The notes under the pieces are model-generated. The model was not told where the DNA came from. It did not search any database and saw nothing but the letters and a program-made list of their open reading frames with translations. From positions 106,394,001-106,458,000 of the forward strand of contig NC_086097.1 of the NCBI RefSeq assembly GCF_963921235.1: DNA of 64,000 bases. The letters are read 5' to 3'. Of this stretch, positions 38,305 to 49,790 are shown in pieces. Numbering within the stretch: the stretch's first letter is position 1; each line of letters starts with the position of its first letter. The translations under genes and the position numbers were made by a program. This DNA comes from Mobula hypostoma. Taxonomy: Eukaryota.

Positions 38305-39230
38305 GTCACCTCAGTAGCCCCCGCTAATCTCCCTGCCAGGATATTGGTCCCCCTAGGATTTAAGTGTAACCCGTCCTTTTTGTACAGGTCACACCTGCGC
38401 CAAAAGAGGTCCCAATGATCCAAAAACTTGAATCCCTGCCCCCTGCTCCAATCCCTCAGCCACGCATTTATCCTCCACCTCATCGCATTCCTACTCTCAC
38501 TGTCGCATGGCACAGGCAGTAATCCCGAGATTACTACCTTTGCGGTCCTTTTTCTCAACTCCCTTCCTAGCTCCCTATATTCTTCTTTCAGGACCTCATC
38601 CCTTTTCCTACCTATGTCATTGGTACCTATATGTACCAGGACCTCTGGCTCTTCACCCTCCCACTTCAGGATATCTTGGACACGATCAGAAATATCCCGG
38701 ACCCTGGCACCAGGGAGGCAAACTACCATCCGAGTCTCTGGACTGCGTCCACAGAATCGCCTATCTGACCCCCTTACTATCGAGTCCCCTATCACAACTG
38801 CCCTCCTCTTCCTTGCCCTACCCTTCTGAGCTACAGGGCCAGACTCTGTGCCGGAGGCAGGGCCCCTGTCGCTTCCCCCGGGTAAGCTGTCCCCCCCAAC
38901 AGTACTCAAACAGGAGTACCTGTTGTTAAGGGGCACAGCCGCCGGGGTACTCCCCATCACCTGCCTTTTCCCCTTCCCCCTCCTAACCGTGACCCACTTG
39001 TCTGCCTCCCGTGGCCCCGGCGTGACCACCTGCCTTCCACTCCTCTCTATCACCTCCTCGCTCTCCCTGACCAGACGAAGGTCATCGAGCTGCAGCTCCA
39101 GTTCCGTAACGCGGTCCCTTAGGAGCTGCATCTCGATGCACTTGGCGCAGATGTAGACGTCCGGGAGACTTGGAGACTCCAGGGCCTCCCACATCCGACA
39201 TCGAGAACAGCAAACTGCCCTCACAGTCAT
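38295..39230 (-). CDS. CR1 ORF1: Cys zinc-finger and leucine zipper plus SGNH/GDSL esterase
   Basis: ATG at 39230 (MTVRAV); CSRC...CAKC, LLRDRVTELELQLDDL, VIGDS, PGAR, GTND, DGLH. Confidence 0.93.
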   Translation of the reverse strand: MTVRAVCCSRCRMWEALESPSLPDVYICAKCIEMQLLRDRVTELELQLDDLRLVRESEEVIERSGRQVVTPGPREADKWVTVRRGKGKRQVMGSTPAAVPLNNRYSCLSTVGGDSLPGGSDRGPASGTESGPVAQKGRARKRRAVVIGDSIVRGSDRRFCGRSPETRMVVCLPGARVRDISDRVQDILKWEGEEPEVLVHIGTNDIGRKRDEVLKEEYRELGRELRKRTAKVVISGLLPVPCDSESRNAMRWRINAWLRDWSRGQGFKFLDHWDLFWRRCDLYKKDGLHLNPRGTNILAGRLAGATEVTLN

Positions 39231-39393
39231 AATGCCCCTCTCCTCAAATAGCAACAGAAAATGAATGTCAAACCTTCCTCGCCTCGCCCGCTTCCGCCTA
39301 AGCCCGGTGAGCCGAAGCCCTTAAGTCTTCACTCTGCTCCCGGCTCACTCCGCCGCCCGCAAACTACGCTGCCCGCTCTCTGAGGCTTTGTTC

Positions 39394-39713
39394 CTTTTAA
39401 ATCTGCCGCGCTGCACTGCCCGACGTCACACGCCTGCGCAGTCCCGCCTCTCAGAAAGCCGTTGGAGAAAAAAAATAACGAAAATTTCAAAAATCTCTTT
39501 TTCGGCACTCCCACTCAGACTCTCAGACTCCTTCTTCGAATCAAATCCAAAGCAGGATGTCTGCCCTTTTAAATCTGCCGCGTTGCACTGCCCGACGTCA
39601 CATGCCTGCGCAGTCCCGCCTCTCAGAAAGCCGTTGGAGAAAAAAAATAACGAAAATTTCAAAAATCTCTTTTTCGGCACTCCCACTCAGACTCTCAGAC
39701 TCCTTCTTCGAAT
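39394..39713 (-). promoter_or_regulatory. Two tandem 172-bp CR1 5'UTR monomers
   Basis: Repeat period 172 (ttttaaatctgcc at 39395 and 39567); minus strand shows GC box, tgcgcaggc, tgacgtc and tttaaaa in each unit. Confidence 0.8.
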
Positions 39714-40019
39714 GGAGCTCATGATGGAGCACAACTTTCTGCAGCTTTTTTTGATCTTGTGCAGTGCCCCCCACACCGCTTCCCCCACACCAGACGGTGA
39801 TGCAGTCAGTTAGCATGTCCTTTATATTATTCTCTACCACAGAATAATTATTAACATAGTAATTATTCAGCACCTACTTCATCTGCATTCATATCAACAT
39901 TATTATTTAAGATGACTAATGTTGTTCTTGACTAACAATTTTACCTGATAAATCTACAAAAGCTCAGTTATATTGATTTTATATTGTATCTCACTTCCCT
40001 GTCATTAATACAAACACAT

Positions 40020-40450
40020 GGATGCTGTGCAGACTTGAGAACATGAACTCTAGAAAAAGGTTGAACAGGTCAGGACTTCATTACCTGGAGCATAGGAGAA
40101 TGAGGGGAGATTTGATAGAGGTATACAAAATATTAAGGGGTACAGATCAGGTAAATGCAGGCAGACTTTTTCCACTAAGGTTGAGTGAGACTAGAACTGG
40201 AGGTTAAGGGTGAAAGGTGAAATGTTTAAAGAGAGCATGAGGTGGAATTTCTTCACTCAGAGTGTGGAACGAGCAACCACAGAAGTGATGGATGTGGGTC
40301 TGATTTCAACATTTAAGAGAAATTTGCATAGATATACAGATGCGAGGGGTACGGAGGGCTATGGTCCAGGCGGAGGTTGTTGGGACTAGGCAGAATAATA
40401 GTTTGGCCGATGGATCTGTGTCTGGCTGATGTGTTCTACAACTTCTATGG
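40020..40450 (+). mobile_element. CR1 3' fragment
   Basis: LEHRRMRGDLIEVYKIL..GRLFPLR; 3'UTR like 21700-21777. Confidence 0.88.
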
Positions 40451-40999
40451 TAATCCTATAGCCTCACCAAGTGTACAGACTTGTATTTCATTATGACAGA
40501 TTCTTCCCCGCCACTCTACAAACTTCACTCTACCACCAATACTGCATGCACTCCTCCCAGTACGATCACTTGTCATTTAATAGTAATGCAGATAGATTGA
40601 TAGATTTCCCTCCTCTGCTCTTAAAGCATCCTCCTCACCCCGATCCTATTCAGTCTGCTCCTCTTTCAGTTACGCAACTTCTCTTTTTCCACCTTTGCAT
40701 ACTATCCCTCAGCAGTCAATTCTGGCATCCTCTCTTTCACCACCGTTGAGGCAAACTCCCTCCTTAGTCTAGATGATCCAAATAATCCAAATAATTATTG
40801 AAATCCTCAGATAATACTCTTTTCCCAACAATTTCATTAGATTTCTGAAGTCCCTGCTTTTGTGTGACATTTATTTTTGCCTCAAGACATGAGGCTGAGT
40901 AGAATCTCTCTGTATTGCAATAGAAGTTGATCAGAAACTGAGCTGGGTCAGCCACATAAGCACTTTGACCAGGTTAGAGGCTGGATATCCTGTGCTGAG

Positions 41000-41530
41000 T
41001 GTTGGTACTCCATCCTGTTTCCACCATCCACAGAGCCCCATCCAGTAAGGTAATGGAATACTCTCTGTTTGCCTGAATAAACAAAGCTTGAATAACAATG
41101 AAGAGGTTTGGCCTCAATTAGGAAAAAATGCAACCTGTCATAATGATAACACATTCACAAAATAACACATTTGCATCACCTGTCAGCTCATCGCAGCTGT
41201 ACTATGTACTATATAACAGCACTCCCCAAATGTATGAATCTTAATATCCTCCAAGGTCTTTAGGGGCATGAAAACATCATCACTTGTATTTTTCCCTACA
41301 GTCACACAACATACTGACTTGGAAATACATTGTTAGCCCTTCCTCATCACTGGTCTATGTTCTGGAACTCCAATCTCAACAGCACAGTGGAGTACATTCA
41401 CCAGAAGAATTGTAGCAGTTATTAAGACATTAATTTCCCTTCTCAAAGGCAATCAGAGACAGTCAATAATCAAGACCATAAGATATCGGAGCAGAATTAG
41501 ATCATGCTGGTTTGCCAGCAATACTTACAT
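41000..41530 (+). mobile_element. Ancient LINE 3' remnant (related to 49430-50150 on the opposite strand)
   Basis: atggaatactctc..gcctgaat..aaagcttg and ggaactcc..aacagcac blocks recur in reverse complement at 49430-50000; heavily decayed. Confidence 0.45.
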
Positions 41531-42085
41531 TAATTAAAAATATTATCTTTTCAAATCATTCTGTCCCATTTGTTTTGCCAATGCAAAGTTCAAATCAGCC
41601 AACAGTTATCTCCAGTATGGATCAGACAGGCTATGCACGAACAGGATATAGCAGGGGCATTTTCAATGGCTTTTAAAGTCAGCTATAAGCAGGCCAGGTA
41701 AGCATACGGGTGAATTGCATCAAACTCACAGAAAGTTACTCACAGTAACATGACACCCATACACCAACAATTAGGAAATATTCAAGGACACAGTCTTAAT
41801 TCATAATCATATTCTGACAAAAGTAATACATTCATTTTAATATTATATTTGCAGTATAATAGCTATAAAGAAATGCCTTCAAATCTGCAATGTTGTAACA
41901 ATACAGATTTGTGTATTCTAATATTCAACATAAAGACAAAGTGAATCAGCAATCTATTTATAATGACATAGCTTCAGTCAGCCAATCACATATAATTTAC
42001 AGATAAGTCTTAAATGATAATGTTGTTATCGTGAATGTGCTCATTTTATTATGTAAACTTACATGAAAATATTTAATAATTAAGT

Positions 42086-42534
42086 ATAGACTGGATGAAC
42101 TGGGCTTGTACTCGTTGGAATTTAGAAGATTGAGGGGGGATCTGATTGAAACGTATAAAATCCTAAAGGGATTGGACACGCTAGATGCAGGAAGATTATT
42201 CCCGATGTTGGGGAAGTCCAGAACGAGGGGCCACAGTTTGAGGATAAAGGGGAAGCCTTTTAGTACCGAGATTAGGAAAAACTTCTTCACACAGAGAGTG
42301 ATGAATCTGTGGAATTCTCTGCCACAGGAAACAGTTGAGGCCAGTTCATTGGCTATATTTAAGAGGGAGTTAGATATGGCCCTTGTGGCTATGGGGGTCA
42401 GGGGGTATGGCGGGAAGGCTGGGGCGGGGTTCTGAGTTGGATGATCAGCCATGATCATAATAAATGGCGGTGCAGGCTCGAAGGGCCGAATGGCCTACTC
42501 CTGCACCTATTTTCTATGTTTCTATGTTTCTATA
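42086..42534 (+). mobile_element. Young CR1 3' fragment (same subfamily as 35192-39713)
   Basis: ORF 42106..42435 and 3'UTR nearly identical to 34060-34502. Confidence 0.97.
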
Positions 42535-43633
42535 TTCACATTACAGTCAGCAAGAGATGACATCAATCATATAAGGACATAGATAAGATATAGTGTGGAC
42601 AGAATGATTTTCTCCTTTTTATGTACGTATTTATCATCTCAGTTAAGAGTGTAAAATGTAGTCTTTGATATGGGACATGAACCAGTTTGTGGGGGGGGGC
42701 AATGTCCCACACCATAGGATGGAACGGAAGTTATACTGTTAATATAATTAAAACAAACATTGGATTGTAGTGCAAGGTGGAAGTCAGGTAATTATTTTCT
42801 TGCATAAGTAAAGACTTACAATTTTATATAACTCAACAACATCAGTGAGAAAGGGATTTATAATCTCATAATACAGTCTGACAATGAAATAAAACAACAA
42901 TAGCTCAAGTAATCGTCACTGACTAGGACCACAAACTTTGCTTGCTTTATCGTGTTTTTACATATCAGATCATCTGCAACAGAATCTTCACTAAGACAGC
43001 AGATATTATCTGTTGACCTCTTACATTATTATTTACTTCATTAATATAATTTAGTGAGCAATTTGCCTCAATTTTACTACTTCCAGTCTTCAGAATAGTT
43101 CTACTCACAATGACTATATATCAACTAGAGAATACAAGGAATCCTTTGAACCAGTGCACTCGAAAATACACCCCATCCCGCAAATCCAACATCATTCCCT
43201 CTCCATTCTGCTAGGGAGAAAAGTCACTCTTCGATGTAATATAATTGACTGAAATTGATTCTATTGTAAAACTGGCAAGTACTGCATTACGATAGAATTT
43301 TTATCTAAATATGTGCATTGAGAAATCTGTATTTCTTTTTGAAAATGAGGGTTGGCCTAGATTGCTCTGTGCCTCTTGAATTAAAGATGCAATATTTTGT
43401 TGTTAACACATTCTTTTTTTGCAGTGTATGCTTAATATAATAACTCTCTAATGTCTCACCATTACAAGCAGTGATTATGGTAAATTGTAGTAGTACTCAT
43501 AATATCTAGATAAAAGGAAATTAACTGTAAAGAAACACATTTCTGATATAAAGCAATTCTGTTCTACAAATGCACATATTATATCAATTCACATGTATAA
43601 TTTCACATGAGAAGACAACAGAATGTGCTTTAC

Positions 43634-43745
43634 CTTTGCTGTACACAACACAGTTGTTGTTGTTGTCATCTGTTCCCCGCCAAGTCACATCCATCAGCCA
43701 CTTGGGACCAGCATGCATCACTATAGGGACAGCAGTTTTTGTCTT
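43634..43745 (-). other. Candidate 112-nt exon of an unidentified host gene
   Basis: Acceptor tttattatctccctttgtacag| and donor AAG|gtaaag; GC-richer island in AT-rich unique DNA; frame 0 open ([37 protein letters not shown]). Confidence 0.6.
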
Positions 43746-44797
43746 CTGTACAAAGGGAGATAATAAACAGATGCTGTTTGTTTTCTGTGATTAAGAACTT
43801 GATGAATAATACTAATTTTCACAGAACCATAACCCCCAATACATCTGCTGAAAATATATAATCCCATGTTGAGTTTTAACAGAGGACAGAGAAAGGCATT
43901 TAGATTGACAGAATAATTACTAAATCAGAAGTCTCCAAATGGTAATGGATCAGATTAATAAACCTCCAATGGCTTGGATTTAAATCAAAATATATTATCA
44001 CTTTGGCAGCAAATGCTGCAAAGCCTTCTTTGTGAACATCACAGACGTAGGGATACAAATTCATTAATATGTGTTCTATTTTGTTAAAAAGCCATTGTGT
44101 GGAACTACAAAGATCCAATATTCTAAAGATACTCAAAGAATTGTGCATAGAAGATCTGGTATTTTAGGCTATGGGTTTGTGCCCAACTGCAAAGTACACT
44201 TTGCTCTGAACTCTCAACAATATGGATGGTAAACTCTAGTAAGAGAAGAGAAGAATCACAGAGTGAGGGCACGGGGGAGAGGTAAATTAGGAAGGATATT
44301 ATCAGGGGAATATTAGGGTATTGGACTGGGAAGATCATTATGGGAGGGATTGGTTGTAGGAGAAGGCATGTAAGGAGACAGAAACAGTGGAAAAAGATGA
44401 GTAAGCTGTATTCAAAGGTGAAGAGAGGAAATGTGTGGGGAAAAGGGATTCGGGTTCAGAGAGAAGACTGAGTGAATTGGGGAAATGATCAGGAGGAAAA
44501 TATTGATAAGGTTGTTTGACAATCAGTAGGCAAAGCAGGAAGAGGTCAAATAAGCTACAGTGGACTTCAGAAAAGAGTAAAGTTCAATTGCAAGAATGTG
44601 GGAACAATCACTGTGAATATTAAAGAAAAAAGGAACCTCTTTTCAGAAAATGAGAAAAGCTTCTCCATTCTGATATCTTGGCTGTGACCCCACAGAGCAA
44701 GGCTCTTTAATTACACAAAAGTAGGGCTTACTCTCGGACTAAGGTCACTGCAAAACTTGTAATATTTATTATATAAAATGGTTACTTAAATGACAAA

Positions 44798-44995
44798 TAG
44801 CCGGCTGCTGGTGTAGCAGCATCCACAATGAGGTGAGTGGTTCCAGGTTCGAATCCAGCCTGCTCCTTGCACGCTTTCCATCTGTGCTGGGTTGAGCGTC
44901 AAAGCTAGCAACTCAGCCTTGCAAAAAACACACAAATGCTAAAGAAACGCATTGATTGTCGCTTAATGCGCCACAAGGCATGGAGAGGAAGAACG
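44798..44995 (+). mobile_element. tRNA-derived SINE
   Basis: A-box-like tggtgtagcag and B box ggttcgaatcc followed by a non-tRNA body. Confidence 0.65.
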
Positions 44996-45316
44996 TTAAT
45001 GCCAAATGTAATCTGTCATAACATTCTCCAGAGCATACCGTATATTTATGTATATTATGGGAATATTCTGGAGTTACGACACAATAGACAGCATAATTAT
45101 GGATTTCCTAAAGTAATAAACAAACTAAGAATGAAAACTTGTTCACAATTTAACTTCCAACTGATGCTTTGTGTCTAGTGAAAACAATCACTTCACCACC
45201 CCCCCACCCTGACTATAGTCGAAACGTTAAATGTAAGTCAGTAATCACAGCAATTGAAATTATAGATGATGGTTTGTTATCACCTTTGTGTTAAAGAAGG
45301 GCAGAATCACTGTTTA

Positions 45317-45555
45317 GGGCAGCACAGCAGCACAGCAGCACATCGTTTTAGTGCCAGCGACCCAGGTCCTATTCCCAACACTGTCTGGAAGGAGTTTGGA
45401 CGTTCTCCCCATGACCCCATGGGTTTCTTTGGAGTGCTCTTGTTTCCTCCCACATTCCAAAGACGTGTGGGTTAGAAGAGTAATTAGTCACATGGGTGTA
45501 ATAGGGCAGTAAGGGCTCATTGGGCCTGTTACTGTGCTGCATCTCTAAATAAATT
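45317..45555 (+). mobile_element. V-SINE/HE1-like SINE
   Basis: gggcagcacagcagc..; ttctccccatgacc..gggtttc..tttcctcccacattccaaagacgt; tail tctctaaataaa. Confidence 0.8.
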
Positions 45556-45844
45556 TTAAAACATCATTTTGTCAGGAGAATAAGATTCTCTTGAATTCTC
45601 CTGGACTCTCTCTCATGGAGGTTTGTTGTGTGAATAAAGACTTCTGTATTTCCAGTGTGACTCAGTTTTATTCACAACACACATCCTTTCAGTGCTACCA
45701 TAATTGTTAAATATTGTCAGGTGTTGTTCAAACACTAATGATTGCATATAAAACGACTTGGATGAAGTTATAATGTTCATGACTTCTACTTTCACAAGTG
45801 TTCCTTTGGCTATGTCCAGATAGTACTCTTGGTACAAGGGTTAA

Positions 45845-47520
45845 GGATATCTCAGAGCAAAACACAGAACATTCTGAAAGGGGAGAGTGAACAGTCAGAG
45901 GTCATGGCTAATATATTGGCACCAATGACATAGGCAGCAAAGAAAATTTAAAGAGCTAGATAGAACATTTTTAAAAAGAGGATTACAATCTCAGGATTAC
46001 TCACCATGCCATGTGCTAGAAAGGCAAGAGATAAGAAGAAAGTGGAGTTGGATGTGTGGAGCTAGGGCAGGGGGTACAGCTTCAGGTCTATCGATCACTG
46101 GGCTGTATTCTAGGGTGGGTAGGACCAATGCAAGAAGGAGTGGTTGTGCCTAAAATGGAGGGATACCAAAAAGGTTGCATTGAGGTTTGCAAATGCCACA
46201 GGGGAGAGTTTAAAATCAGAATATTGGGGTTGGAAACCACAGCAGCAGGTCAACAGAGAGATTAGGGAACAGTAGAAGATAGATCAAGTAAGTCTGAACT
46301 GAGGAACGGGCTGGGCCATGTTAGAAAATTCAGTGGGACAATGGCAAGAGTATCATGGGTAAAGCAGATAGACATAAAGCCTGGATTCAAGCACAGAACT
46401 ATAATGTGGCCATTACAGACACCTGGTTGAGAAAAGGGCAGGACTACGTCCTAAGGTTTTGATATTTTCAGATACAGAGGGATGATGGCTAAGCAGCAAT
46501 TACTGGAAATCCTGGAAGCAATTCAGAATGCACAGGATGCACATCCCAAAGAGGAAGAAGTACGCTAAAGGAAAGATGACACAACCATGTCTAAAAAGGG
46601 AAGTCAAAGCCAACATAAATGTCAAAGATAGAGCAAAAATTAGTGGGAAGTTAGAGGATTGGAAAGCTTTTAAAAAGAGAAGTCAAAGAATAGAAGGCAA
46701 CTAAAAAAGTCATTAGCAAGGTAAAGATGAAATATGAAAGTAAGCTAGCTAAAAATATTAAAGAGGGTACCAAAAGTTTCTTCAAATACCTAAGATATAA
46801 AAGAGAAATGATCGTGGACACTGGATTGTCGGTAAACGAAACTGGAAAGGTAGTAATGGAGACAACAAAATGGCGGACAAATTGAATAAGTATTTTGCAT
46901 CAGTTTTCACTGTGGAAGACACAAGCAATATGATGGAGGTTCCAGGTGTCGGGGGCATGAAATGTGTGAAGTTACCATAACTAGAGAGAAGTTTCTTGGG
47001 AAACTGAAAGGTATGAAGGTAGATAAGTCACCTGGGCCAAATGGTGTACATCCCAGACTGCTGACAGAGGTAGCTGAAAAGATTATGGAGGCATTAGTAG
47101 TGATCTTTCAAGAATAACTAGATTCTGGAATGGTTCCAGAAGACTGGGAAATTGCAAATATCACTCCATTCTTTAAGAAGGAAGAGAGGTAGAAGGAAGG
47201 AAACTATAGGCCAGTTAGTCTGATCTCAGTGATTGGGAAGATGTTGGAGTTGATTATTAAGGATCAGGTCTCAGGGTACCTGGAGGCACATGATAAAATA
47301 GACCGTAGTCAGCATGGTTTCCTCAAGGGAAAATCTTGCCAGAAAATCTGTTGGAATTCTTTGAAGAAATAACAAGCAGGGTAGACAAAGGAGAGTCAGT
47401 TGATGTTGTGTTCTTGGATTTTCGGAAAGGCTTTGTAAAAGTGCCATACATGAGGCTGCTTAACAAGCTAAAAGTCCGTGGTATTACAGGAAAAATTCCA
47501 ACATGGATAAGAGAGTAGGC
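45845..47520 (+). mobile_element. Old degraded CR1 (ORF1 esterase through RT, internally deleted)
   Basis: attggcaccaatgacatagg (IGTNDI), then ORF2 blocks; ORF 47336..47518 LLEFFEEITSRVDKGESVDVVFLDF. Confidence 0.85.
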
Positions 47521-47582
47521 TGGGAGCAACCAGTATTCAGTAAGTCCAAATGCTTCATGCGGGAGTGGTTTAAAGTGATCAG

Positions 47583-48537
47583 TGTACAGGACCTGTACAT
47601 TCCCGTAAAGAAGAAGGACAAGGATCACAGGGTTTAGGATGACAAGTGTTACGTAACCGGCAACAATGAATATCAATCGAGACAGGTTATATAAAAACAA
47701 CTAAACATTTATTAAACACGGATAAACAATAAAAAAAACAAACGAAAACCTTAACCGGAAGTTAACCGCTATGCAGCCGTTCAACAAATCGTCACTCAGC
47801 ACTGGTTCTTAAAGTGTTAAATGCGAAAACAGTTCTTAAAGCGGTAAAGTCAGATATAGTTCTTAAAATGGTAAATTCGAAAGTCCAACAGATTATATGT
47901 TCAGTTGGGAGAGACTTCTCTGGAGAAGGATTTCTTCATAGACATGACTTTCCTGCTGGTTCTGTCCAAAGGATTCACGATGCAGGAAATAAACAGTTTA
48001 AAACAACTGACCTTAAATTCTAGAGAGCAAACCTTGCATGAACTCTTTTCTCTTTTGTCAAGAGTTATCTTCGATGCAGGTCACTACTCTTTCAACAAAG
48101 ACTCAGTAAGGTCGATCCTTTGTCAAACTGCCAAATGAAACCGACTCCTCTCAATCCTTCGGGTCCTGTACTTCGATAAAGTCTTCACTCTCCCGTACTA
48201 CTGCTGGAATAAGGTACATCAACACATCTAGCAAAAATTGCCAGTCCACCACTATTGTATCTTGCAACAGAACGTAACAACCGTTTTAAAAATGAAACTG
48301 CCTCCTAAAAACAAATGCACAACAGAAACGGAGACACAGATGCACGTTCTAGTTGGAAAACTAAAAACTAAAAAAACTAAAAACTAACTGCGTCATCGAA
48401 GATCTTCCCTTATATACCCGTGGTGCACATGTCATCATGTGACCTCACATTGGTGGGAAAATTACATCAGGTGACTTCCAAAAGACCATTACACCATTCT
48501 CAAAAAAAAATCACAGATCTCCTTGAGGTATGTAACA
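47583..48537 (-). mobile_element. Probable solo LTR (~955 bp)
   Basis: tgtac.../...taaca termini; minus-strand TATA (ggtatataaggg, ~48410) upstream of aataaa (~47710); CpGs retained; TSD imperfect (tcag/caag). Confidence 0.65.
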
Positions 48538-48768
48538 CAAGCAACGCTGAAAGTAACTCAACAGTAATCAGGAGGGATAAAGAGGGCATAAAATGTGTTT
48601 GGCGAGTGGGATTATGGAAAATCCCAGGGATTACTGACAGAAACACCAGACAACCAGGTGAAAATGAATACTCGCAGCTTCTGCAACAAGCTTTACTGAT
48701 CCCTGTATTGGTAATTTCCATTTTGTTACGTCATGGATTAAATGCTCTATCAGTTAAAATGTACTCAC

Positions 48769-48884
48769 CTCAACATCTGTTCCTGTTCTGTCATGCAAGT
48801 AAGTCAACAACGAATTTAGAGTTTGGCACTGTCAAAATTGCAGTCTTAAACATGGATGTCAAAGTGTCCAAAGAACAACTCAAT
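48769..48884 (-). other. Candidate exon (acceptor at 48884 or 48828)
   Basis: Strong donor GAG|gtgagt; acceptors tctttctttag| (116 nt, no open frame) or attttgacag| (60 nt, CQTLNSLLTYLHDRTGTDVE). Confidence 0.3.
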
Positions 48885-49684
48885 CTAAAGAAAGATTACT
48901 TCCTCTCATGGACCAATCACTTACAGAATTTCACAACATATGCAAGCAATTTTGGAAGAAGAAGTAACTTAATTTGTTCACCACATTCTCTAGTGAAGAG
49001 GAAAAGCTACCAGTAGCATCATAAAGTATTGGTCAGGACTCCTTTAGTTGCTAATACTGTAAACAGGTTAACATTGAAGACTGCTCTTGATTAGTAAAAT
49101 TGCAAGGTATTGAGAGAATTCCCAGCACGTGTGCAACTCGATCTTTCCTTCATGGGGAGGTATTAATTAGTGTTTGCACAGGTTACAAAGCAATATGAGC
49201 TGAAGAAACGTTGTAAATTTTCTGGATACTTTAAGTCATTATCAACATGGCGAGTTTGAAAATAATTGGTTCCAAGATGAAGGCAGAAAGTTAACACATT
49301 ACCCTAGAACAAACAGAGGTTTTGCAGATCAGAATTAAATCATCTACCTTGCTGGAAAAGAAGAGATATTGGAAATGTAAGGCTAGCAGTTCATCATGCA
49401 GGTTTCATTTAAATCCAATTCACAGGGTATGGATATCATTAGTAAAGCTAGTATTTATTGTCCATCTTTAAATGTTCTTGGGAAGGTGGTGACCAGGCAT
49501 TGGTGACAGGCTGTAGTCCATTTGGTGAAGATCTTCCTTCAATGCTGTTGAATAGGGAGTAGTGGTATTCAGTCCCAGTGATGCTAAAGGATCAGCAATG
49601 GATTTTCAAATCATGTTGATGCATGACTTGGAGGGAACATGATGTTCCCATGTAATTGGTGCTCCTATCCTTCTAGACACTGCC

Positions 49685-49790
49685 TAGAGAAGGCAATGGC
49701 AAACCACTTCTGTAGAAAAATTTGCCATGGTCATGAGACCATATTGGCTTACTTCTTTTGACACAACACATGATGATGGCGACGATGATG
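49685..49790 (+). mobile_element. RTE-type/SINE 3' tail
   Basis: gaaggcaatggcaaaccacttctgtag...catggtcatgagacc...(gat)n tail. Confidence 0.5.

Larger units (their letters stand above)
35192..39713 (-). mobile_element. Full-length, apparently intact CR1 LINE
   Basis: 5'UTR monomers, uninterrupted ORF1 and ORF2, 3'UTR and (tttctatg)n tail; CpG-rich 5' end retained. Confidence 0.98.

Noticed and set aside
35672..39156. Plus-strand ORFs overlapping the CR1 (e.g. 37448..37951, 38428..38829; also 16788..17486)
   Set aside because: Antisense shadows of LINE coding sequence with no recognisable domains
35185..39725. Target-site duplication for the full-length CR1
   Set aside because: Host sequence cccatgat|ggagct joins with only a few bases of overlap; no unambiguous TSD
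44150..44620. Purine-rich stretch (and 40470-40760) possibly from an old Penelope RT
   Set aside because: Too decayed to support a call without alignment
48420..49016. 198-aa plus-strand ORF
   Set aside because: Non-ATG start inside a solo LTR, runs into unique DNA, no recognisable motif
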